From positions 3,720,001-3,784,000 of the forward strand of contig CM119374.1 in the NCBI GenBank assembly GCA_051294905.1: 64,000 bases of DNA, written 5' to 3'. The DNA comes from Botryllus schlosseri. Its lineage: Eukaryota. The position numbers and the translations under genes are program-made. The notes below the pieces were generated by a model, which did not search any database, had not been told where the DNA came from, and saw only the letters and a program-made list of their open reading frames with translations. Of the stretch, positions 1 through 12,367 are shown piece after piece; the stretch's first letter is position 1; the number at the start of each line of letters is the position of its first letter.

Positions 1-27
1 TGTTACAAGCAATTGTATCACATTTAG

Positions 28-159
28 CCGAAATGCCAAAGGTACTGGCCAGAAGCCGGGAAAGAAACATGTTATGGACCCTGTCGTATCAGGAATATCG
101 AAGAGAAGACCTGCGGTACGATTGTGACGACGATATTGAAAGTACAAATCACTGAGCAG
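28..159 (+). CDS. Receptor-type PTP, D1 exon (KCxxYWP motif); gene continues upstream of the window
   Basis: tttag|CCG...CAG|gtgaat; translates PKCQRYWPEAGKETCYGPCRIRNIEEKTCGTIVTTILKVQITEQ, phase 0-0. Confidence 0.9.
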
Positions 160-1803
160 GTGAATTTTAGTTTACTAAATGCTGGTTCGTGGAAAGACCA
201 CGCTTATCATTTCGAAATAATATGGAGCATTCACTGATGCATAGGTGGGATGAGTCTCGTGTCACTGTACAACAGTGGTACTGAACAATTTTGTCTTCAG
301 CTCCGCCCTTACCAAACCATATTTTGGTTCAAGCAGCCTACAAGTTTAAATGAAGCCAAAAACAGAATACGTTATGCGCTGGGATATATGGCTAACCTAA
401 AACTTATAACAAAATCCCTCATTTGTGATCCGATTTCTGTCACTGTCTACAAAAGCCTCGAAGAATTCAATCGTAACTTCAACACGTGCAAATGAATACG
501 CTTTCGTGAGGATACTGGTGTGCAAACATAATAACGAACAGCGGATTCAGCTGGCTTTTGACACGAGGAAGATATGAAAGCGACCTAATTGAAATATTTA
601 TAAATAAGCGGCTGACCGAGATTCAAGAGATTAGCCGAGTTTTATTTAGGAAATTTGCGCACCAATTGGTCCAAACTCCTAATTTAAATTATTCGCGATG
701 ATGCTCCTGCTGAATGAAGTTAACATTATCGTCGTAGCAGAATTTAATACAGAGGTGGTGAAAGTAGTCATCGTTGGTACTCAAGTAGAATTACAAGCAA
801 CGACGTACACTTCATTTCAAGTGCAAGTAGAAGTAGCGATTCCAAGTGAATGGAAAAGTCTGAGTCCATCTGCGGGTAAATAAATTAAACTGTGTCGTAG
901 TAAAAGTAAATGTAAAGCTTACTTGATCACTTCGAAAATCAAAGATGTTCCTTTAATTACAACCTAGGATTTTGAAAAGGTCACTTGAAATTTTTGTAAC
1001 AGTGTAATAGGAAGATTTGAATCGATCCAGATGACGCGAGATATCAGCCTGACGGAGTTGGTTAAAATAGATTTCAATATTATGTCCTGTTGCAGGTAGT
1101 ATAAGCCTCCAATCTCTTGCTTTCATGGGGACAAAATCCTGAGATGCAGGGTTCGGACTGTTGAGATATCCGTTCAAGGATTTTTTTAAACATTTATCTC
1201 TATAAATTTTCCATTTTGGTAATGTTTGTTTTAAAACGCCAGGTAGATGACGCTGTGCTGTCCTGCTGTCCTAAACCAGGGGTGGGCAATTATTTTCCTC
1301 CGCGGGCCGAATGAAAAGTAGGAAATACGTTGGCGGGCCGAATGACATATTTTAGCTATATTTTCCTGATTAAATTTTATTTCTAAATTACATTGTTAAT
1401 ACATGCTCCACAGTAAATGTGTGAAAAAGTGACGGTTATTTATCTAGAAATATCTATTTGTAATCATGATTCGAACCAATGGTAAACATGACACATTTTA
1501 GCTCTCTTTTAAACCCTATCCCCGTTCTTCTATATGAAGACTCTAAAACAGTGGTTCTTAATCATTTTAGGCACTCCTCCCCCTTTATGATAGTAACAAA
1601 TTTCCCGCCCCTTATATCATGATATCACAAATTATGAAAAAGTGCTAGCAATCTTAACGGATAGTTTGATGGCATGGATGGTGATGGCTGTAGATGAGAT
1701 AACTTGGAAATATCAAAGTTGGACGATATGCAGAACAATACCTCTAAGCTAGAAGCGGGGCGGGGGGTTATTCGCGAAATTTTCATTCAACTTCGGTTTC
1801 GCG

Positions 1804-2772
1804 CAGTGTTGGGATCAAGTCACTACCTTCGAGTCACGAGTCATTTCGAGTCATTGCACCTTTTGACTCGAGTCAAGTCAAGTCAATCGATTTTCGAAGT
1901 TGACTCGAGTCAAGTCAAGTCAATCGATTTTTGGAGGTGACTCGAGTCAAGTCGAGTCAAGTCAAGTTAAGTCACGAGTCAAGTCACAATTCAAGTCAAG
2001 TTGTCTTTTCGAAGTATGAGGCATGCTTACTTCACTGCGTTTTGCTAGCTGTCTGACATAGAGATTGAGTGGTCATTGATTCTGGACCTATGAACGAATA
2101 TAGAGTTAAATATACACGCAATAAGGCGCTTTATCCCTCGCATATACGTAGAAATGCTTAACTATACGTAAGTAATTGCATAGCCTCGGATTATAGTTAC
2201 CAGCAAAAATAGAGAACAGAGAAACGAAATTATAAAATGCAATACTTTACAGATTGATATTAATACAATTCCAGCCTGCGCCAATGGTTGAGTACTATAC
2301 AAACTTTATTGGAATTCAATTTCAATAAAACAAGGTTTGTTTAAGTTAAAAACAGAGAACTGAAATATACATTTTGCTATTAAATTACTTTACTATACAA
2401 GTTTTCGACAGCGTAAGCTTCGATCACTTCGTTTGCGATCAATTTATCTGCGAGAGAACAATGGAGGCTCAGTAAAACGCACAATCACGATAATTGAATG
2501 ATTGGTCGCTTTCACGGGGGTTACACCAGCGTTTTGCGCACGATCCGAACCTATACAAGATAAAATGATTTTTATCGACATCGATTGCTTGATGACTCGA
2601 AATTGACTCGTGAATTTTGCTCCGAGTCACGAGTCAATCCACATTTCTGATATGCCGAGTCAAGTCAAGTCAAGTCATTTTAGCAAAGTGACTCGAGTCA
2701 AGTCAAGTCACACGAAAAAGGTGACTCGAGTCTGACTCGAGTCAAGTCATGACTCGAGTCATCCCAACACTG
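1804..2772 (+). mobile_element. Non-autonomous hAT-type MITE, CAGTGTTGGGAT family, copy 1 (intronic)
   Basis: TIR CAGTGTTGGGAT/ATCCCAACACTG; subterminal GACTCGAGTCAAGTC arrays; TSD imperfect. Confidence 0.88.
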
Positions 2773-3073
2773 GACTTTCGCGCCCAACTTCTGATGCTTG
2801 TTCGAGAATCCCTCCTCTGAAATGTATATGAAATAGTACAAAGCTTATTTACTTGTTCTCTGTTTTCTGACCAGCCTGCCTTGATGCTGAGCGAAGCTTG
2901 CAGTTTTTTTTTATCTTTTCCAAACCAATTCCTGTTCAGTTGATACAGACTATGGTTTAAGTCATTCAAAACACATGTTCAATGTTTCAAGTTCCAAGCA
3001 GCATTTCACGGACCGCACAGAATATACCATAGATACATATAAATGACAGGATTCTTGGACGCACAGAACTTCA

Positions 3074-3310
3074 ATATACAATTGAATGGTATATTCACAT
3101 TGAAATGAGCCCAAATGCTTCTGGCTGACAGTCGTGAGCGGTAATCGTCAGCACGCCAACTAGTAGAGAATTGGAGAGAACTGTCAACATCAATGATATC
3201 ACAAAATATGACGTCACCAATTCTCTATGTTGCTGACGATTACCCATGACCAGTGTCAGCCGAAAATAATAGGGTTCATTTCAATATGAATATACTATTA
3301 AATTGTATAT
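3074..3310. mobile_element. 237-bp foldback element made of two head-to-head Penelope-like 3' ends, each with a degenerate hammerhead
   Basis: Arms ~3074-3175 and ~3218-3310 are reverse complements; both match the PLE 3' UTR at 25110-25225. Confidence 0.75.
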
Positions 3311-3335
3311 AAATGACTCTTCTCTACCCACTTAG

Positions 3336-3484
3336 GAAGAGAATGAGGTGACTCATTATCAGTATTTGAGTTGGCCGGATCATGGTGTGCCGCAAACAAC
3401 TACGGCATTTCTCCGTCTGCACAAGCAAGTAATGACTCAATTCAGTGCTATCGATGACGAGACTCCAATCGTGGTACATTGCAG
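3336..3484 (+). CDS. PTP D1 exon with WPD loop and start of the P-loop
   Basis: cttag|...|gtaact; EENEVTHYQYLSWPDHGVPQ...PIVVHCS. Confidence 0.95.
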
Positions 3485-3556
3485 GTAACTTATATGCATT
3501 CAAGTTAACAATTACAGAAAAGATCGAGTTTATCGAATATCGATACTCCATTTCAG

Positions 3557-3686
3557 TGCTGGCGTCGGAAGAACTGGAACATTTATTGGGTTTGATTTGC
3601 TTCTGGGTGAGAGTGATCACCAACTGGATGTCTACAAATGCGTGATTGATATGCGTCAACAACGGATGGATATGGTTCAAACCAAA
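3557..3686 (+). CDS. PTP D1 exon, P-loop (SAGVGRTG) to MVQT
   Basis: tttcag|...|gtaagt; SAGVGRTGTFIGFDLLL...DMRQQRMDMVQTK; phase-2 intron inside the HCS codon, as is typical for PTPs. Confidence 0.95.
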
Positions 3687-3846
3687 GTAAGTAATTGAAT
3701 GTCGAATAAGTAATGGTACCTTGATGTGAATACAATATAATGAAATACATTGCCAATTTTCATCATAAACTCGGGTGACTTTGAGGTGGTATGTTTTCGT
3801 ACGTGGTAGGTCTTAAAACCCATGCTATATCATTACATATTTTTAG

Positions 3847-3947
3847 GGACAGTATCAATGGCTTCATAAACTGATGACGGAGCAATGCTATTTCAAGGAA
3901 ACGGACCTAGACCGGACTGAATGGCTTAATATGAATTATCATGAAAA
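3847..3947 (+). CDS. PTP D1 Q-loop end and D1-D2 linker exon
   Basis: ttttag|GQYQWLHKLMTEQCYFKETDLDRTEWLNMNYHEK|gtaagt. Confidence 0.9.
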
Positions 3948-4204
3948 GTAAGTCAATTATCCCATCAGAAGTCTGGTGTACTGATGCCGAATGAAAGTCG
4001 TTTCATAAGTAGTCATTATCATGGAAATCTGGTATTATAGTCGTCGTACGATCGTATATGATGGCATAACAGAAGAAAAGCTAAAATACCGAAGATAGTC
4101 GATCGAAATAACCCCGAAAATACACGATCATGAAATCTTCGTATAAAAATTGTAAAAGTTGTACAAGTATCATTAGGTATCACGATTTTAAGCTCACCTG
4201 TAAT

Positions 4205-5276
4205 CAGTGTTGGGATGACACGAGTCATGACTTGACTCGAATCAGACTCGAGTCAACTTTTTCGTATGACTTGACTTGACTCGAGTCACTTTTCAAAAAT
4301 GACTTGACTTGACTTGAATCGGCGCTTCAGAAATGTGGATTAACTCGTGACTCGAAGCAAATTTCACGAGTCAATTTCAAGTCATTAAGTAAACGGTGTC
4401 GAATAAATTACCCTATGTTATGTATGTTCGGGTTGTTCGCGATACGCCGTTGTCACTTGTGAGAGCAACCAGTCATTCAATGATTGTACTTTTAACTGGT
4501 CCTCCATCACAAATAAATTGACCGCAAACGAAATGATAACAGCTTACGCTGTCGTATAGTATAGGCTTACCATACGTCAAACGATGACAAAGTGGTGAAA
4601 ATTCACCGTGTTTTGAGAATTCTACTCCGGTTTTGCAAGTTGCTAATTTCTGAAAAAGTGTCCTCTTTTAAGATTTCCAAAATATGGTAACCTAGTATAG
4701 TAGCAATAAATTAGTCTCATAGAAACGCATTTTTGTTTCTCAGACCGCTCAGTGCTTACATTGCGCAGTGCTCACCTTTACCAACACTCTTAAATGATTT
4801 AAATCGAACGTATATATAGTTTATGGATTTATATTCTCACGGATGTGTACATGGGTAGTGTATTGTGCCACATCAATTTGTTCAACTTCTCGATGCTTCG
4901 CGTTCGATCCTCTATATTGGCTGATAATAACAGAATAACAGACAGCAGCATGTAGCTATACAGTTACTCGCGTATTTTATTAGCAATACAACACCTTTTT
5001 GCATGTCTATTTAACTAGATATTCGTTATTTGATTCCAGATAAAAGGCCAATTAACCTGTCCTTCGCGCAGTTAGCAAAATGTAATGACTTTGTATCATC
5101 ATTCATACTCCGAAAATTCAATTTGACTTGAATCGTGACTTGACTCGTGACTTGACTTAACTTGACTTGACTCGAGTCACCTCCACAAAACGAGTGACTT
5201 GACTTGACTCGAGTCAAAATCTGCAATGACTCGAGATGACTCGTGACTCGAAGGTAGTGACTTGATCCCAACACTG
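4205..5276 (-). mobile_element. hAT-type MITE, CAGTGTTGGGAT family, copy 2 (opposite orientation to copy 1)
   Basis: 12-bp TIRs; perfect 8-bp TSD cctgtaat (4197-4204 / 5277-5284). Confidence 0.93.
4562..4694. mobile_element. 133-bp TAGG(C/G)TTACCATA-family MITE nested in MITE copy 2
   Basis: Ends taggcttaccata / tatggtaaccta; 8-bp TSD gtatagta. Confidence 0.85.
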
Positions 5277-5383
5277 CCTGTAATATGAGTGGAGTTGTGC
5301 CCGTAGGACTTAATCGCTCGATTGTGTGGAAATATTTAAAGTCTGAACTATACATGATAGTGTTCGAATATTATTTATTGCAG

Positions 5384-5454
5384 GACAAATGATGAACTCG
5401 TTCTCCTCAATGAGTTTGAAGCTATTTATTCAAAAAGACTTACAAACCTTTCAG
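5384..5454 (+). CDS. PTP linker / D2 start exon
   Basis: ttgcag|...|gtaagt; TNDELVLLNEFEAIYSKRLTNLS; phases 2-1 fit the neighbouring exons. Confidence 0.8.
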
Positions 5455-6038
5455 GTAAGTAAAATTTAATTTGGGTCAAGTATTTATTGATCGCCGTGCC
5501 TGATCTCAACCCTGGCCATAAACAGTACGACTACATGAAAAATGCTTAATGCGTTTTAACACACGTGCAAAACGTTTTCTTTCATAAAATATGGATGTCT
5601 AAAGGTGATACTTCGTTGGAAATGTCCTCGGAGATTACTTCCCACGTTTTACACTTTTCTTACTATTAGATGTAACCGTAAAGATTCCGATTAAAGTACT
5701 ATAGTGAAGCGTCGATCGTCGAGATGATTTCACGTAGTTCTGATAACGCTGATAATTCGCGCTTACTTGACACGATCACATCATTTGCGTTATATTTATC
5801 CCGCTATTATCCACAAACAAATCCCTCCAGCACAAATTTGCTGTGCTTTGTCATATGCCGTTTACGGGCGTATTAGTAGGTTAATATTTCCTGCACGACA
5901 CACGAATAAATCGCTGGAAACTCACATATTTACATTTCCGTACGTCGAGACTTTACTTTATTGACTTACGTATTACAAAATGCTACTCATGCTGCTGCTT
6001 GCACAAAACGTAATCAAACTACAGAGCAAGGATTAGGT

Positions 6039-6332
6039 CGGGGGTGGAAAACCTGCGGCAGTAGAAGCGAATATGTGCGGCCGTTACACGTAATTTAACT
6101 AGTATGTGTTGGTGGCCGGCGACAGGCAAATTTAACGTTTCGTTCATTGAATTTTAAAAAAAATTAGAAACTTTCTTAGCGCGTAGCGCGCAACTCAAAG
6201 CTATACTTCTTAGTGATTCATTTTGAAATCTGAGCCTCACAGTACAGACTCGAACAGAAGATAAAAATGATACGCCCCATTAAGAAATACCAACTTGGAA
6301 TAGTGTGCTAACAAAAAGGTTGCCCACCCCTG
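6039..6332. mobile_element. CAGGGGTGGGCAA-family hAT MITE
   Basis: Degenerate left TIR, right TIR ggttgcccacccctg; TSD gattaggt/gattacgt. Confidence 0.7.
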
Positions 6333-6564
6333 GATTACGTCGAGACAGTGAAATATCTGGAGGACCTGAGATTTATAGCATTTAATTATTTTTTCTTTAC
6401 TACGGGAATGATTTCAGTACAAAGTTATTGATCAGCAATAGACGCAGATTAAATAAAACAATTGCTGTATTCAAAATCTCTCGTATTGAGAGAGAAAAAG
6501 AAATGTCAATTATTTAATTAGTCTCGTCGGAATAAACGATTTAATTAAAGTTGTTATATTTCAG

Positions 6565-6641
6565 CAAATGGAGCAAATGCGGTCATCGTACGACAACCAG
6601 AAGATACTGAGTGGTTAAATATTAACGCTACATTTGTTGAG
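6565..6641 (+). CDS. PTP D2 exon (INAxF motif), probable GC donor
   Basis: ttcag|ANGANAVIVRQPEDTEWLNINATFVE|gcaagt; an alternative in-frame GT donor lies at 6660. Confidence 0.8.
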
Positions 6642-6917
6642 GCAAGTATTTCGATGATGGTAATGTTACTGTCGGCTCTGTTTTCGTCCTCTTCGCTCTT
6701 GGTTGGTATTTCCGTGTCCGAGAGTAAAACAGTTTTCTAAGGTAATCAACAGATTATAGGAAACGTAAACTCCAAATGCCATCGAAGCAAATTATATGCC
6801 CTGCATTACAATATCGTGTATTCCTTACGCAGTTCCTGATGCATATTCAGTGGATATTGTAGCCATTTGAATGTACTGGGTTCCAAGAACAATAGTCCGA
6901 CACACTTTTTGCTTCAG

Positions 6918-7046
6918 GCGTACCAGAAAAAAGCGCACTTCATTGCATCTGAAGGACCGTCACATTCTACTGTTGAATATTTCCTGCGCGCACTTTGGGA
7001 TAACCAAGTTATAGAAATCATTATGCTGAACCGTCCAGCAGCGGAA
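6918..7046 (+). CDS. PTP D2 exon (IAxxGP / FxRxxW motifs)
   Basis: cttcag|AYQKKAHFIASEGPSHSTVEYFLRALWDNQVIEIIMLNRPAAE|gtacgg. Confidence 0.92.
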
Positions 7047-7451
7047 GTACGGGTTTGCATTGTTCTATTCATCTGTCCAGTATCTATTCGTTCGATTCGA
7101 CGATACTTTTGAATGTTTCCTATAAAACAGACTACTTCCTTGATGTTTTGACCACCCATGTAGCATTTTAATTTTTGTATGGACTGTTCAGGTGTAAAGG
7201 CAACGCAGCATCACATCACGGGTACCCGTAGACATATTGCAAATATATGGGGAATTGCAACTATATATACAGATTACTATAGACTATCGAGCTGTTATTT
7301 ATCATTCCCTGTATATATTGCTACGCGGAATCAATATATTTTATAACACATTGCTGCCCGTAGCATCTCATTTGAGACAGTGTCTTATCAAAGAAATATT
7401 ACCGAAGATAGGGCAGCAACCGTGAGCTTGAGCAATGTGCTTATTTCTCAG

Positions 7452-7604
7452 AATGACCAAGGACAATTTTGTGAATACTGGCCCACAGAGATCAACTCAC
7501 CTGTAACATACAACAGCATTGCGATCACCCTTCAGAGTACCCTTGAAACAATAGGAACCATCGAAAGAGTATTTTGTCTCGAGAGGCGAAATCAAAAACG
7601 TCGA
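7452..7604 (+). CDS. PTP D2 exon (CxxYWP)
   Basis: tctcag|NDQGQFCEYWPTEINSPVTY...ERRNQKRR|gtaagt. Confidence 0.92.
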
Positions 7605-8604
7605 GTAAGTGCTTATGTCTTTCTCACAATAACATATATTTTCACCAAAAATTGTATTCGGAATATTTTAACGAGCATACAAACTGTAATTACCCAGTTG
7701 ATGGACTTAGATATATAAAACTTTTATCCGAATATGAACTATCGTGGTTGAGCAGGCAAAAGAGTTTGTGCTTCAAAATAATCAATTCGGTCAAGATTTT
7801 GTCGTTATCTCACTAAACAAGGAAAATCGAATGCAAAAGGAGCATAACGATAGGCTATCAGCAAGTACGGCATAGATTTGGAAATACAGCCAGCAATAAT
7901 CAGAGTAGTGGTAATGTAAATACATCTGAATAATTGGACTATTCAACTTTTGCGAAAAATTATTGAGACGACGGATTTTAAGTCGCCAGTATATGCCTTG
8001 TAATCGGCGTTGATCAGAACCCATCAACCTACTTCGTGTTAATAGAAGGACCTTGTTTGTAATGTAAATATAGCCCAGTGAGATCTGACCTCAATTGTGC
8101 GAATGTAATACGTGTGACGTCATAGATGATGATAAGACTGTTGATAAACAAAGTTCTTTTGGATTATGCACTTCTGACGATTACTCTAATGAGTATTAGC
8201 CGAAAATATTCAAGTTTACTTCAACATAAACATGTTATCCACCTGTAGATCATCTCGTGCTGTAGGTAGAATTAAAGTAACAGTGATGTCACAGTTGCTA
8301 TTCTTTCAAAAAAAAAAAAAAAATCAGATACTCAAGCGCTATATACGACGGGTAATATGGAAAATGTCCCTTTTTTCTTCGTTTTTAGCACGATTTGCAG
8401 TTATCTTCAAGGGCTTTTGAAGTTTATATTATTATATTTAAATAGCAGCCTCACTAGACATATATTAATGGGTTCTTCAAATCGATACGGTAATTACAAT
8501 TTGTCCCAATCGACATTGGCTACCGTTCCTAATCCGAAAGTCTGGTCCAGATGTTGATTATGCATGTGACGGCCATAATGTCGGTTAATCGAAATATATA
8601 TCTC

Positions 8605-8905
8605 TAGGGTTTCTATACGTTCTCGGAGAGCGCTTTTGTCCTTTTTTTTTTGAGATTTTGTCCTCTTTTTCGAAAATTTTGGTCGAATTTACGGCCAAAT
8701 TCGACGGATATATCTCAAATAATAACCGAAGTAACGCTCCGGCGTGTATTTTGGGAGCTGAGCCGGAAAGTTGATTTTTTTTTAGTCAACCGACCACGAA
8801 GTGGAAAATTTTTTTCTATTTTTTCAGGATTTTCCTTCAGTTTACCAAGACTGAAAATTCTGAAAAAGTGTCCTCTTTTCAGATGTCCAAAATATGGTAA
8901 CCCTA
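8605..8905. mobile_element. TAGGGTTACCATA-family MITE
   Basis: TIRs tagggtttctata / tatggtaacccta; 8-bp TSD tatatctc; related to 57130-57512. Confidence 0.88.
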
Positions 8906-9163
8906 TATATCTCCATCTTAAAGTCACTATCACCATAATTCAGCAACAAATTATTCGTAGTGGTACGAAGGTTCGTGAACTTTACCAACCGATTCCGTCT
9001 TCGAGTTTATATGACGTCAGTCCGGTTATTCTTTGATTTATATCGTACGGTAATGAATGAAATATATCTGTTTAAATAACAAGTTGGGCTGTTTGAAGTG
9101 TAGCTCACGTCGTTAGTTAATGAACGAGATAAATATTCAAATAATATTGCAAATATATCCTAG

Positions 9164-9297
9164 ACAATCAAACAACATCAATTCCTACATTGGGAAAGGG
9201 ACCAAGAACCGGAGCATTATGACCTGCTGATTGAACTCATTAAGCAAACCATCGATCATACCAATGCGAACGAAGCAACGGTATTGGTGCATTGCAC
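9164..9297 (+). CDS. PTP D2 exon with degenerate WPD loop (WER) and VHC
   Basis: cctag|TIKQHQFLHWERDQEPEHY...ATVLVHCT|gtgagt. Confidence 0.92.
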
Positions 9298-9633
9298 GTG
9301 AGTGTGAATTTACATCATATAATTACATATTGAAGTGAGTTAATATTCATTTCTATTCTTAACACAGTAGTCAAATAATAATTTGATGTAGATCAAATTA
9401 TCCCAGACACTGTCGATAAGGTATACTGCTTTCGTACACTAAACAATCGTGACTGATAACCAGGATTTCATCGCTGGTGATTTAGAACTATCAGGAATAT
9501 ATTGCTGTACACATAGTTTGTCTGTCCAAAATCTCCCAGTAGAAAATTGACTGCGATGAAAGAACATTTTAGTATTTTACGCAATAACACCCAATTCACT
9601 TCACAATATCCATATTGTTTCGTTCAATTACAG

Positions 9634-9769
9634 CGATGGATTAAGAAGAACAGGCATTTTTATCGCTGTTGCGAACATCATCGCAAGAGTGGAGATGGAA
9701 GATCGAATTGACGTCGTTCGTACCGTCAAAGATCTCAAGGATATCCGACCAGGAATGGTCCAAACTCTA
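9634..9769 (+). CDS. PTP D2 P-loop exon
   Basis: tacag|DGLRRTGIFIAVANII...DIRPGMVQTL|gttagt. Confidence 0.92.
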
Positions 9770-12196
9770 GTTAGTACATATGATATCCGTATATATAACT
9801 TGACAATATGAGAATTTCACTGATGACAGGTAATTAGTCACGTGATACAATAGTCTACAACTTCCTGACAACCACCGAAATATTAAATACTAAATACTGT
9901 GTAGTAATATAGAGATGATTACATTGTTGGAGATGACGTTATGGTTTCGTTCGTTGGATTATTACAATCCAAGATTGCGATAGAATAACATATACGGCAA
10001 TGGAAATTCAGATGAAATGGTGCAGGCGCCGGGTAAGCGATATTTGTCACCCGTTAATTTGATCCACTTCGCCAAGTAGGCTATGGTGAAGTTTTAGATG
10101 TGAATATCAAGGGAGAAAGTAAAAGTAAAAGGAATATCCCGTCGGTGATATTAACACAAACAAGACTATCCGTTATAGCATTCATAAATGCAAGATTTCA
10201 TCCACAAAGGACCTTTGTTTGATCGCCGTCTCAATGCGCACTTCTCTCTAAATAAGATGAGACTCAAGTTAAAGTTGAAGCTGTGAAAACATTATTGGCT
10301 GCAGTTACTTTACAAAGTCAACGTATTCGAACTTCAGCTACATAATTGTCATTCAAAGTACCATTCCAGTCTATTTCTTTTTCATGCGACTTCGCTTATT
10401 TGCTCTTTTATCTATTGAGAGATTCCAGGCGTCTATTTTCTCTCGTTTACACTTTCTTGACACGCCCGCCGTCTTACAATATCTGGAGATGCGTCACCAA
10501 CTCGGCTTACACTTGATGCTAAAGTGGAATTAACTAAAAGGGCTGCTATCAATAGAGTTTTCACCCTTCCTACTTTAATTTGAGACCATGTTCCAAAAAA
10601 GTGCAGCTAGATATTGCAATTAGTTTTTGCTTTACTAATGGATCGATCGATCACGTTTTCTTACACAATAATCAAGAGCTCGCGTGTAATGAGCGCCAGG
10701 TGTAATGGCATAAATATATCGGGTTTCATAAACTAGGGACAACGGATCCCGACTGGCTCAGTGAATGGGCACTGTTGAACTAAATCATCGAGATACTTCC
10801 AAACCTTATTGTTATTATTCGGTAATGACGCCGAGGGTGAGACTGCCACTTCATTTTATATGGGCATTAGTTAGCGCATATTAAACATGGAATAGCCCAG
10901 AGATATTCAACCTTTTTTCGATCATGGCCAATTTTCTAGTTTGAAAACGTACTCTGGCCCAGCTTTTAGAATCTTAGCTCTGTTCAGAATAGAAATGGGA
11001 TACGGAACTTGCTATTAACGACTTCAAACGTAATTTCGGTGAATGGGATGCGCGATAGAAGCGGGGAAAAAAGTTTTATTAACATGCGCTGCGTGCCTAG
11101 CAACTAATGGCATTGCTATGATAGAACATTCATTCGAGTGATCCAATCAATTCATGAGGCTTTTATAATTATATCAAATTATAACATTTCAAATTAATGT
11201 TGATATTTGGAAATTATTAGACCGACTCCACAAATTAATGCGCTGCGCTAAATAGGCGATTCCTTGCGGTTGTACTGTATATTTTCACCGGAAGTTCATA
11301 ATCCATCATTAGTTGCAATTGCGGATATTTTTATGTTACTATGTCATGCTTACCGTAGTAATTGATAACTATATCCAATACCCGTTAGTCCAACGGGATA
11401 GTCTTGAACGACATCAACTTTCAGTTATTTTATTTCAATTATTATTGAAATGAATGTACTATTGTTGCGGTTAGTCTTGGCTCGTCATTGCCATAGGCGT
11501 AGCGATGCGGGAAATGACGCTTTCGTCCCTCTCTCATTTTTGATTCTTACCTTGTGACGCCATACGTGTCACTACGTCTCATTGATCGGAAACAACTGAA
11601 AAGCATGACGTAGCCTACTTATAATTCGACAATACCAATAGATATTTTCGGGTACAATGGGATGCATATATCTAACTTTTTGCTACCCCTTCCTACTAGG
11701 TCTTTAACCCACCTCAAAATACACGGGTTGAAAACCACTGCTGGAATAGGCGAAATAGATTAGAACTTGGTACTTGATATGATGACCTTTTACCATCATT
11801 GTAGTCATTGGAGTTCGAGATTTTGAGGGTAGCACAGCCGCCCGCAAATAATGAATGGGTCCGAGATCGAAAAAGTTTAAAAACAACTGTTAAAGACTTC
11901 TCACCGCCCGGACATTTACGACCGTGTGTGTGAAACGGCTAATACTGTGGTAAAGAACACATCGAATACTGTAGGCGGGGACCCATATTCCTAGATTTAT
12001 CCCTGGTTCGCAAATACGGCAAGAAATATATAATAATAATAAATAAAGTTATATTACTATTTTTTAAGATTTTCCATACTTTGTTATAATGAAAAAAGTT
12101 CATTTTCAGCCCCACACTTCATCTAGTTGCTGTCCCTTCGTAAGCGATGTCCATGTCGACAACTATCGTGGACTACATTTCCTCCATATATTTCAG

Positions 12197-12367
12197 AGTG
12201 ACTATAAGTGTTGTTACGACCTCGTGAAGCAATTCTTGACGCCGCAATGTACCTATGACAATCTGACATCTCAGTCGGATACAATGGGAAATGAAGACGC
12301 AGATCCAATCTATGAAAATCCAAATGCAGGCGGAGATGCAATCTATCAAAACATGAGAAGCGCGTGA
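12197..12367 (+). CDS. PTP terminal coding exon with tyrosine-motif tail
   Basis: tttcag|SDYKCCYDLVKQFLTPQCTYDNLTSQSDTMGNEDADPIYENPNAGGDAIYQNMRSA-TGA; the 11 exons total 1383 nt, in frame. Confidence 0.88.
   Translation, partial: SDYKCCYDLVKQFLTPQCTYDNLTSQSDTMGNEDADPIYENPNAGGDAIYQNMRSA

Noticed and set aside
953-1177. 74-aa ORF faintly like a P-element/THAP9 transposase C-terminus (NIEIYFNQLR)
   Set aside because: One weak motif, with no flanking support.
8650-9036. 128-aa and 73-aa ORFs
   Set aside because: They lie largely within the 8605-8905 MITE; chance frames. The same applies to ORFs at 1704-1940, 5026-5355 and 19049-19237.
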